From Schmidtea polychroa (lineage: Eukaryota): a DNA stretch of 64,000 nt. The first letter of the stretch is position 1, and every line of letters begins with the position of its first letter. The translations under genes were made by a program, and so were the position numbers. The notes beneath the pieces were generated by a model, which made no database searches, was not told the DNA's origin, and was given only the letters and a program-made list of their open reading frames with translations. The stretch spans positions 19,470,001-19,534,000 of the forward strand of contig CM097885.1 of NCBI GenBank assembly GCA_044892525.1, read 5' to 3'. This document shows positions 14,048-26,200 of this stretch, piece by piece.

Positions 14048-17000
14048 TGTTGGGCTAGAACTGATTTCTAGACCCAAAGTTAGGAATGGGACGAAATGTG
14101 TCAGTACACAACACGCATACCCAGCATTAAGTTTACTTAAATAAAAATATATAAAACACCAAGTAAACAATGATAATAGAGAGATAATATACCCAAAAAT
14201 AAAACATCTGAATTAAAAATAAAATAAAACACGAGCAAGAAGTATTACATGAAAACTTACTCAAATATAACCAAAAGACATAAAACAACAAAAAACAAAT
14301 TCGAATAAAGGCAATTAGTAAAAATTAAAAAAGAAAATTAAAGAAAATCTTCATAAAATCTTACGTAAAGAAAATTATATCGATATTTTGAATAAAAATC
14401 CAGAACAATTCATAAAAATGGCGAAATCCATCATGACGGCCAAACGACCCAATAAAATTTATAAAAAATAAATATTTTAGTTTAAAAAATAAATATTTTA
14501 GAAAAGAAATCATAAAAAACAATTTAAAAATAAGAAATAGATTAAATTTAGCATGGAATGTTCTGGAAATGCTGAAATCCATCATGGAGGCAAATTTAAT
14601 AAAAAATAATTCGAAAATAAAATTTCAAAAATAAAAACAAAAATTCTTACTGAAAAATCGCCATTAAAATCGATAAAAATTAAAAATCGAATGTTCGAGA
14701 ATTAAAATAATCCGAATTTGTTTTACTGCATCAATGCACGCATGTATACTTACACGTCAAACAGAGGCTATATAAACTAACACATTTCGTCACTTTTGAA
14801 GCAAGAAAAATATGCTAATGTTTACTCTTATGCCAAATTTTTGATTTTGATTTTTCTGAGATTGTAGGTAAGGACGATTTCATTGTGAATTATAAATTAT
14901 TATTATTGAAACCTTGTTTTCATTATTTCTTTTTAACTATAGAAATGTAGGTTTGAGTGAGATCGTCGGTTATCATTGATTTTGGAGCGAGATCCCAGTC
15001 AACCCTGCACCTATGCACTTTATCATCGATGATTAAACAGCCCACAATGATTGCAGGTCACTGCCTGGCACGCACTTATCAATATCATTTGTTTTTTTTT
15101 TTTTTGTTTTGTTCAGGTCATTCGGAGGTCGCACCACTTCATGGTTCTGCCATGGAGTTAAGTCGATGAAATCCTCCGTCTGACTCTACCTATTTATTAT
15201 AGGTCAGTCGTAAAGGGTTGACTTACCACACAACAGTAAGGTTTGTCGTAGTGGTCACAGTGGGGCCGCGAAAGCAAACACTCCTCCCGACTTTCAATGC
15301 ATGAATAATTTACATAGTTAAAATCTACATCCAAAATCATCACAATACAATACACTAAGGTTAATAAACAGAGTAGATCTCAGACCTAAATTAATCACAA
15401 CTCTACAATTCACAATTAATGTAGACGGTTAAATATCATCAAGAACCAACTCTACCTATACGTTTGTCGAATCTAGATTTATAAATGTCCTAAATAAATT
15501 TTCTAGTAATAATGTAAAGTAAAGATTTTTTTTTCTAAATGATTGATTTAGTAGCGATAGTATTCATAAAGGTGTTCGACATGCGTACCGGCAAGACTTG
15601 GATTTTAAATTGAATAGACTCTGAACTAACTATAAAAATACAAATCGTAAACCCATAAAAGTATAAATTATCATCTCAATTGCATAAAAATATGAATTGT
15701 ACTTATAGATTTAATTTCTTCAAAATATAAATTATGATTAGTTATAAAGGTATAAATTACAAATTTAATTTTTCAAAAATATAAATTACAAATCTATATT
15801 GACGGTAAAATTATAAATTATAACTCTAAGTTGATTGTAAAAGTATAAATTATAATCTTAATTTCTTCAAAATATAAATCATGATCTTAAAAGTATAAAT
15901 TATAAAATTATATTAGCTACAAAATATAAACTATAAATTTACCTTAACTTCATAAAAATATAAATCATAAACTTAAAAATATAACTTATAAAATTATATT
16001 AGCTTTAGAAATATAAACTATAAATTGAACTTCACCAAATATAAATTATACACTTAAAAAAAAAAAAAAAAAATTATAAAATTATATTAGCTTTAAAATA
16101 TAAACCATAAAATTAGCTTCATAAAAATATAAATTATAAACTTAAAAATACAAATTATAAAATTATATTAGCTTTGGGAATATAAACTATAAATTGAACT
16201 TCACCAAATATAAATTATAAACTTAAAAGTATAAATTATAAAATTATATCAGTTCTAAAATATAAACTATAAATTTAACTTCATAAAAATATAAATTATA
16301 AAATTATATTAGCTTTAAAATATAAACTATAAATTTAACTTAACTTAGATTGCCTTTAACATCATAGTTGAAAATTTTTCATCAAAGACCCCCCATAAAC
16401 CATATAGTCATCAACTACCACCTAAATATACTAAATTAGCTTATCTTAATATACATTTAACTTATATTATATTTAAAACTATAAATTGTAAAATTTCATG
16501 AATGACCCCCCTCAAAATTATACAGTCATTACCCATTACCTAAGCATACTAAATTGACTTATTTTTAATATATATTTAACTTACATTATAATAAAAAATA
16601 TAAGTTGTAAAATTTCATGAATGACCCCCCCTCAAAATTATACAGTCATTACCCATTACCTAAGCATACTAAATTGACTTATTTTTAATATATATTTAAC
16701 TTACATTATAATAAAAAATATAAGTTGTAAAATTTCATGAATGACCCCCCTCAAAATTATACAGTCATTACCCATTACCTAAGCATTTTAAATTAACTTA
16801 TCTTAATATATATTTAACTTATATTATATTTTAAAATATAAATTGAAAATTTTCATAAATGACCCCCCTTCAAATCATGTAGCCATTAACTATTCCTTAG
16901 GTACACGAAATTATATCATCTTCGTATAGAGCTAAATTATATTTCAAATCAAACCAAAAAATAAATAATTCCATAATTTTCGCAAAAGATACCCCCATAT

Positions 17001-19159
17001 GTGGGAATCTTGTAAAAAAATAAACTTACATTTATTATTATCATTAACATTATTATTATTATCGTTATTAATATTATTATTATTATTATTACTATTATTA
17101 TTATTATTAGTATTATTACCATTAACATTACCACTCTTATCATTATTATTACTATTATCATTACTATTATTATTATATTATTAAAATAATTATCTTTATT
17201 TCAAAAAATAAAATTATAAAACCGATTATTGATTTTGGGATTCCCCTATCTCTAAATTTAGTCTCAATGGCCCTATCTTCCAATAAAATTACGGAAAATC
17301 ACTAAAATCTATTTTTAGCAACACCCCCCCCCGGAAAACGACATCAATATTATTAATTTAAATTATATCCATATATAGGTATGTGTGTATATGTATATGT
17401 ATATATACATGTGTGTGTGTATATATATATATAGGTGTGTGTGTGTATGTACATACAGATTTATAAAGCAACCTTATAAAAATACGATAACCTTCCCCCT
17501 CAAGACCCCTGTTATGTGATGGTCACAACCCCCTTAAGGTGATGGAGCGAGGTTAGAGTAGTTTACTGAAGTAATTTAGTAGAATCATTTATTGATTTAT
17601 TAGAATTATTGGATTTATTTTTAACTAAATCAAAAGAGACTAAATTTATTTTTAACTAGATCAAAAAAAAAAAAAAGAAAAACAAAGACCAAGTTTATTG
17701 ATTTCGATCATCAACTTTATTCATATAATTGTTTCTTTGAATCATAGTTATACCAAGGTCCTTCGAGCACGGTTGATGGACCATCCCAATGAAATACATT
17801 TCCTGGAGTTGGAAGACTTCTGGGTAATTCCTTATTTTCTGCTTCGTTCCTTTTGGTTCAATGACTTACATATTGATTTGACGTAATATTGTTGGATGGC
17901 CAACTATATTCCTTGCATCTCTTTTTGAGTAGTCATTGTCAGATAATTCCGCCAGGAAGATTAGTTGGTGGAGCTGACCTTGGGGCAATCAAACCTTCGT
18001 ACCTCACTGAATTATTATCAACTCGATTGCTAAGGAAATTAATGAAGTTAATTAATTAAATTAAGGAAGTTAATTACAATTTTCTCATTGGTGTTGTCAA
18101 ACGATCTTTGCTCATTCGAGATGTCATAATACATTATTGATCAATAGTAATTGTTCGGAGATTCGGCCAAATGCTGATATTCCTGAAATATTATGAAATT
18201 TTAGGATATAAATGCTTAAAATTTTAATTTATTTACATTATTATATCAAAGTTAACTAAAATCATATATTTATTCAAAATTTGTTATTTAACATTAATTA
18301 TAATTACTATAATAAAACAACGAAAATTTAAATAATGTTAAATAACTTTAACAAAACAAAAAGTAATAATGAAATCAAAATTCCATTACTTTATTTAAAT
18401 TATTAGTTACCAACTTGTTCTAGTATTTTAACATAATGAATTCAAGTATATTACGGAGTTAGTTTGGTCATTTGAGGAATATTATAAATTGAAAATTTAA
18501 GTAGATTAGAATTATTTACTCTTCATAAGAACTTTTATGATTGTAATGAATCTAAACTTCATATATTAATATTACCCATAATTTACAAGTGATATTTGGA
18601 TTATGTTAAAATAGGTTGTAAGTTAACTTAACTAAATTGAAATTTTCTTTTGATCAGGTTATCGTGGGGAATGCATGTTATCTTTATCATTTCTATTGTT
18701 TCAGTTTATTAAGTTTTTTTTTTTTTCTAATTAAATTCATTAGTCTCAGAAATTTCTTGAGGTTTGTTTAATAAACTATGGTTATGTTTCACTTAATTTA
18801 TATTCAAACATTTTAGATGTGGTGTTGTATGAACAGGCTTTAATAGAGTAATGTATGATTCCTGATGACTTATGATCGTTTGAGGATAGAGAGTTTGTAT
18901 AGGCATAGTTGAGGAAGTGATTATAATAAGGGACCTGCGTAAATCGGACATACATCTTCTAACGATAGTCCGTGAACCCATTAGAGTGCTCGACAATTAC
19001 AGTGCAAGTAGTGCGCTCACTTTTTGCGAGTACTCACCCTCTTGATACAGTACCAACGTTGATCGTTCAACGGGTATCAAGCGGTAAACAATGTTGTATC
19101 TTGGGTTACGCTGGTAACAGCACTAAAGAGCAAAATATTTGATCATCAGTAACCCACCA
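14048..19159 (+). repeat. 5' LTR (5112 bp)
   Basis: TGTTGGGCTAG..AACCCACCA; near-identical to 30033-35057. TATA-like GGCTATATAAAC at ~14766. Confidence 0.97.
15650..16900. repeat. Minisatellites inside the LTR (AT-rich AAATATAAATTATAAA units, then ~120-bp ATGACCCCCCTCAAAATT units, about 5 copies)
   Basis: Visible tandem units; the same arrays occur in the 3' LTR at ~31636-32800. Confidence 0.9.
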
Positions 19160-19167
19160 TACAAATT

Positions 19168-19185
19168 TGGGGGCTCAGCCGGGAT
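19168..19185 (+). promoter_or_regulatory. Primer-binding site, tRNA-Pro type
   Basis: TGGGGGCTCAGCCGGGAT versus the MLV tRNA-Pro PBS TGGGGGCTCGTCCGGGAT (16/18), 8 nt downstream of the LTR end. Confidence 0.85.
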
Positions 19186-20046
19186 ATTTAAACTTTCTTG
19201 GTAAAGAACCTGTAAGTAGACGGGAATGCATAGCGGTTTTTTGATCAGAAAATGAAATGCTTTATGCAAGAGTAAGAAAGATTGTTTTCTCAAATAACTA
19301 GACATGATGTGTGAATATGCGTGTATGATCAAAATGAATGTTGAATGTTGTACATGATGAATAAAATGTTTTAAATTATGTAAATATAGAAAATCGATAA
19401 AACTGGGTATGAGAATAATGTATGAGCGTTCCGTGTTGATGGGACAGAATGTTGATGGGTAAGAAATGAAATAAAAATCAAAAATAATAAAAATTGTAAA
19501 TATAAACAACTAATACTTTGGATATAAGAAAATAATAAAAAATTCAAAAATAGGGAAAAGGGGGGGATAGAAAATAACGGTATAAAGAAAAAGGGGATAA
19601 AGCATAAAACAGTGAATTGCGAAATAGAAATGGATAGATGATGCAATTACTTAAAAATAGGGGGAAGATGTAAAACTACGTTAAAGATTAAAGGGGTATA
19701 TTGAGTATTTGATAAAATGACTAAAATTATGGACAAGCTGGGATCAAAAGGGTTATGTAGACTAAGATAATAAACTAGAGGGAACGGATAAGAATGCGCG
19801 GAACATCAGTTAATGGATTGGGAGCCTAAACTAACAGGGTAAAACAGCTATTGAACTTACATAATTTGAATAAGGAAATAAATGGGTAGAGGTAAGCTAA
19901 TTAAAGGGGAATAAGAACACTTAATAAAATGCTGAATTAATAAAGTATAACTTGATGGAATTAACCGGCTACATTATAAAGAAACTTGAAAATTCGTAAA
20001 TTTAACTAACAACTCACTACAAAGATTGAATTGAAAAGCAGAGCAG

Positions 20047-20458
20047 TTGGCAAACACTCAAGAAGGACTGATCTTAAAACCAAGACCAGTAGATGATGAA
20101 TTGTGTATAATGACGAGAATTGCTACACCAAATGTGGAATTAACTACTCAAAGAGTATATCAGATTCAGAATTTACATTTAGATAAGGCCAAATTTAACA
20201 TCAAATGGCAAGAATTAAAGATAAAAATTTAAACGGTTGAAGATGCGATAAGAGAGGCGATCGATAATGAATTCAAATGTTGTGTGTGTAGAAGCAATGA
20301 GATAAAAATAATGATGGTACCTTGCGGACATCTATGTTATTGCCAAGATTGTGCATTGAAACTGAAGCGATTGTAATGTATGTGACGCAAACATGAGAGA
20401 AAGAGTAGTAGTGTACCTCCCTGAGGGAGATGTAGAAAAATTGAAGATGATGAAATGA
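20047..20458 (+). pseudogene. IAP/MIB-type RING-HC E3 ligase remnant in the LTR-element leader
   Basis: After a stop at 20230: CCVCRSNEIKIMMVPCGHLCYCQDCALKL-(1-nt frameshift)-DCNVCDANMRERVVVYL, the C3HC4 pattern of IAP-type RINGs. Confidence 0.8.
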
Positions 20459-21849
20459 ATTGCAGCCGAGTGTGAGTTAGTAAAATGTTAGTAAAACTAA
20501 TTCCATAATAGCAACCGAAAGGTATAAAACATACGTTGAACATAGACATATGAAATACACAAAAGCCGTTAAATAAATAGACAAGCAACACACAAATTAA
20601 ATTGGCGAAAGCCGTGAATTAAATACAGGACTGGCTGGGATCGCATCAAGTGTGAGCTGATCTATAAGATCAGTACGATTACCATTTTTTTCCTGTTTTT
20701 TTTTTTTTATTTTTGGCATAGAGAGACAGGACCATAAGGGGATGAGAAGCATATCGTCCCTACGATGCTTACCCGGATGGGGAAATCCTGATCACCTTGA
20801 TGAGAAGAGTATAGTAGGGCCCATCGCAAATGTTGGGGAGTTTCTGTCGAGTGACTGATCACCACTTGTGGGAAATGAACCAACGCGATTATTATATTTT
20901 TTGAATTTGGGAGACAAGGACAAACTAGAAAGGTAAATAAAAAGAAAAAGATAAAAAATAAAAATTGAAAAGGTGCACCAAAAGATAAAAATTTTAATTA
21001 TCCGAGAGCAGCTGCGGATTTGAAGAAACCGTTTTTGGACTTCAAATCGGATGATATGAATTTTCCCTAGCGAGTGATGAGGCACCCGAGTACAGCGGCT
21101 AACCACCGGACTGTAGTGTCCAGGAGATTATCAGCCAAGGGACTGATGATGCTGGATCACCCAATACAAAAACCCGGATACCCACACCGAGTATTGGGTG
21201 CAATTTTTTTTTGATTGGCTAGCGGGACTTGATACAAAAACCCGGAGGGTAGCGAGCGAGAGAGACCCAGTTACCTACACCGAGTATTAAGGAGCCCAGT
21301 GAAACGGTTGTGAGATGCGGGTCAACCGGTAAAGGACTCGTACTCAACAGGCAACCAAGATTGGACCAGTTGTGAGGCGGGAGACCGAGAGTCAACTGCA
21401 TATCCAATTTCCTTTTATCTTCACTAGTCGGGAGATCTGGTTCATCACTTTTGAGAATCAAGATCGAGGCGATTAGGCATTTCCGTGTTTTTTAAATCCT
21501 GATAGATAGGATGTTTTTTCTTCGTGATTATTGCTAGCAGGGGTCGGTACAAAACCCGGATGCCCACACCGAGTACCGATAGGCCCAGTGAAACGGCGAT
21601 GAGATTAGGGTTACCGGTATTAAACTCTTTTCAATAGGCGGCCAAGAATTGAGCTAGTTGTGAGGCCTCAGCAGATTAATAATTTGAGTAGGAGGAACCT
21701 TAAATTTTTAATTGGTCCGAAAGTCAACTGTCAACTCAATTTAATCGCGGTAGGGACGATAGTAGGTGTAAAAACTGAAGGCGTCTGGGGGTTGAAGAAA
21801 CCTCATTTAGGGCATTTGAAACCGATCAGGGACCGAAGACCGCGAATAC

Positions 21850-22480
21850 GGCGTAAAGGTGTAAAAGCCCAGGCGTCTAGGAGTCGTAAAAGACTTCAAA
21901 GATTAAAAGTATAATTAAACCGGCCGGAAGCCGATGCCGACGCGGAGGTCGAATAAACCGAAGCGTTGATGGTTGATAGTGAATTATATGGCGTAACGGT
22001 GTAAGAACCCAGGCGTCTAGGAGTCGTAAAAGACTTCAAAGATTAAAAGTATAATTAAACCGGCCGGAAGCCGATGCCGACGCGGAGGTCGAATAAACCG
22101 AAGCGTTGATGGTTGATAGTGAATTATATGGCGTAACGGTGTAAGAACCCAGGCGTCTAGGAGTCGTAAAAGACTTCAAAGTTTAAAATATGATTAAACC
22201 GGCCGGAAGCCGATGCCGACGCGGAGGTTTAATAAACCGAAGCGTTGATGGTTGATAGTGAATTATATGGCGTAATGGTGTTAAAGCCCAGGCGTCTAGG
22301 AGTCGTAAAAGACTTCATGAGATTAAAATGAGTTGATTAAACCGGCCAGAGAGCCGATGGTAATTGAATGAAAATAAATGATTTAAATGAAATAAGAGAG
22401 GTGATTAAACCAGCCAGGGAGCCGATGGTAAATAAATGTAGACGTAGAGGTCGCGCGAACCGAAGCGTCGATGATTAACT
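21850..22480 (+). repeat. 140-bp GC-richer tandem repeat (3 full copies plus degenerate ones)
   Basis: Units start at 21850, 21990, 22130 and 22269. Confidence 0.95.
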
Positions 22481-23295
22481 ATGAACGAAATAAAAGAGAT
22501 AAACGATTAAGATGAAATCGATTAAATTGACATAGATTAAGTGCGACAAAGAGGTAATGATTAAAGGAAAATTATGATAGAGCGCCGGCGCAAGAGAAAC
22601 TGAAACCAAATTTTTGAATGGGGAAAAGCGAAGAGAGATTAAGTTACTGATGAGTTTAATATGTATATGACTAATGATATATATTTTTTAATTATATAAT
22701 TGATGTTGTGATTATATGATAGATAATTGATACGACGATATAGATAATTCATACGAGTTATAGATAATTAAAAATGGACTTAAATTCAAAGGGGGGTGAG
22801 TAGCAAAAAGTAAAAGCGTACCATCAATTAGAAAAGGAACAGCGAGAGAAATAATGAGTAAAGAGTAGTATAAAATAAAGAAAATAGGGAAATAAATGAA
22901 GGGTAGGATAAAATGAATAAAATATTATGATATGTACTAGGAGTGTTAATTATTTTAGAATAAGTCAATCAATAAGTCAGAAGGAAGTCAATACAAGCCA
23001 AGAATTCAAGAGAAATAAAGAGAAATCAAAAATTCAAAAGAAAACAACTAAGGAATCAAGAGAATCAAACGAGGATAGAAGAAAGGTAAACAAAGTCAAA
23101 TTAAATAACAAGAGGAAAATTAAAGCGTTGGCCAACGAAACACAGTGAAATTCAAAAGAGATTATTAAAGCAAGAAAAATTGATAATCAAGCCAATCGAA
23201 CGAGATCGCAGAGCAAAGGAGGCTCTAGTTTATTAGGAAACGCAGGGAGACAAAGAGCCAAGAGAAACAGAAGAATCAATAAGAAACCAGCGTCA

Positions 23296-26200
23296 GTGAA
23301 AACATTATTTGAATCAGACAGCTTAACCAACGAAGGTGAAAACAGCGACGATATTAAAAGAAACGAATTATATCCGGTAACTGATATCAAACCAACAGAC
23401 AAGGAAGATAGTAGTTCAGGCATGACAAGTTCGTGTCGAGATATAATGTTAGACGGAAACCAAGTGAACAACCCGAATGGGTCAGAGTCGACATACACAC
23501 CCGAGATAAACCATGTCAACGTCAATGTTGGAGAATTTAGAGAAAGATTTCGAGGAGAACCATTCGATGGGAATATTAATGAACTAGAAACGTTTATAAA
23601 AGAATTCGAGGTATATATTACGATATGTCACTGGCCAGACATAGTCGTACGAGAGCGAATACCATTATATTTAAGAGGAAGTGCACAAGATGTATATTTA
23701 GAGGCAAAGTGTGATACAACAAAACTAAAAACATGGAAATCAATAAAGAATTTTTTAATAAAAACATTCGGTAGCAAAAGGGAAGTAAATCGCAAAATGT
23801 TGGATTTTCTGCATCGAAAGCAGAAATACAATGAGTCAAACGCACTATATGCAGGTGAATTAAGACGACTGGCAAAAGAAGCATTCGATTCAAATCAAAC
23901 AGTTCCGGAAGACAAGATAATAGCCGTATTCGTAGAGGGTATGAAAAGAAAGGACATACGAGCAACAGTGGGTTGCCGAGCGCCAGACACGCTCGAGGAA
24001 GCATTAAAAATCGCTAATAAATGTGAAAACTACTTGACTCCAGTACAAGTAGCAGCAATGGCAGCAGTACCAATAGCTACAACACCAACAACGACAACCG
24101 AAATTAATCAAACCAACAATGAAAATCTAGGAATGAATCAATTTATCTCAGAATCGCAACAGTTGTTCAAGGCGCCAAAAACGACAAATCCAGATAACAG
24201 AGGTAATATTCAATTTTACACTAATAATTTCAGGAGCAACGAGAACAATAATCGGAAGTGTAACATATGTCAACGACTAGGACATTGGAGCAACGAGTGT
24301 TATAAGACAAGGATGTGCCAAAATTGCGGTAAAAGGGGTCACACAGAAAATATATGCCGAGGACCAATGATGTCGATGAGAAGAGGAAGGACTAGAACCT
24401 GCTACAGTTGCAACCAACTTGGACATGTGGCGAGAGAATGCGCGATGAAGACAAAACATAATCAACCAAGAGCAAACGATCCAAGTCAAAATATACAAAT
24501 CAACATCATGCAGAAAATTGAACAGTTGAAAAAGATGATCCAACGGATACCAGAGGATATCCGGAAACGACCAACAAGAGAACAACAAGACCAGCAACGA
24601 ATCGAAGGGCAGAGACCACTAAACGAAAAAGCCAGAGAAATTCAAAAAAGATGGAAAAAGCGAGAAACCAACACCGGAAGAATAAATATGATGAGATTAA
24701 TGAACAAAGGGGAACCGCACACTGCGGAGCAGTGTGTTAACAAGAAAGGGAGCGATATGACCGTAATCAACGAGACAAAAGTGATAAAAGAAAATGGGTC
24801 ACATCAATTGACGGAGCAATTGACAGAACTGAGTAGCGAGGATAAAATAAAAATAATACAAGGGTTCACCAAAGAAGAAAAAGAAAAGAGACGAAGAAGA
24901 GATGAAACAGGGCACGAACCAAAAAGCAACGAGATTGTTACAAAGAATCGAATTCAGAGGGTATTACTACAAAAAATTGAAGATAGAATTAGAAGAGAAG
25001 AACCAAAATTAACGGATGAGCAAGTAAAAGAAAAAGTAAAAGACAACTGGTTCAGGAAAAATGAGTGGTTCGAAAAAGAACCAAGTAACAGAGCCAATAT
25101 AAACATGCTGAGACAAATACAGAATGATCAGACGGATCAGGAAGACGGGAAAAGTGCGATGAGTAGCCTGAGAAGTGAATTATCTCAATCAAGTGATGAA
25201 AATAATGAACAAGGAACACCTCAAAATAACGAAGAGGGTGAGAGCGACGATATGGGATCACTGATAGAAAATGACGATGAGGAAATATTCGAGGAAATTT
25301 CCGACATGGTATCGGAAAGAGAACGAAATGAGAGCTATATCAACGAACCAACATACAGAAAATGTATAAAACTGATAACTCAAGCATACCAGTGGGAAGG
25401 AGATATATTAACGGCAACATGGAAAGATTTGGTGACGAAATATAAAGGAAAATTGAAAGAAGTTGATCCAGATCAATACCAAGTAAGTATTCAACACCCT
25501 GAAACTCAGATACAGATTATTGAATTAAAAGTAACAAATACCGATAAACTGTATAATTGGGTACAACAAAAGATGGGAACAAGTCATAAAAATAAACAGC
25601 TATACGACAATGGTTATAAAGTTAAAATGAGCATACATTTAGTAGATATGATGAGATGGCCAAACGAAGTTAATATCTTAATCTTAAAGAAAAACAGAGA
25701 CAGCGAATCAGTAACGGAAATACTGAGGAAAATCCAACAGATATTCAACAATGAAGTGGAACCAGAAATAGAAAAGACTGAACAAAAGATAATGAAGGAA
25801 AATCAAATAATCTTAGTAAAACAAGCAATCGATCAAACGAAGAAATATATTAACAGATTTAGGGAAAGATGGCCGCAGCTAATGAAACAGTTTGTCAAAG
25901 ACGTACGGGATACTGAGATTATGGGATTTGAATATAAACGAGCAACGGAGTTGATATCAAAATATGGTGAATACGAGAGAATCAGATGTGAACAAGAATT
26001 ACCATGGCCATCCAACAGAAAAGTGACAATAGTAAGAGAATCACTAAAGAATAGTCATTTAAATAAACACGAAGAAATGATCAAAACATCACATGTCGAA
26101 GACGACATTTTTGGAAAAGGCCGGAGTGGAAAAAATGACAAAGACCATAACGACAAAAATGAGGAAGACGACGGGAACCATGAAAGGAACAACATAAATG

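Noticed and set aside
21140..21335. Hammerhead ribozyme (CTGATGA..GAAAC)
   Set aside because: Extra bases break the core (CTGATGA-T before stem II, CAACCG-G-TA at the cleavage site), no convincing stem I, and the second repeat copy lacks CTGATGA.
21850..22480. CRISPR array
   Set aside because: Contiguous near-identical 140-bp units without unique spacers, no cas genes, eukaryotic context.
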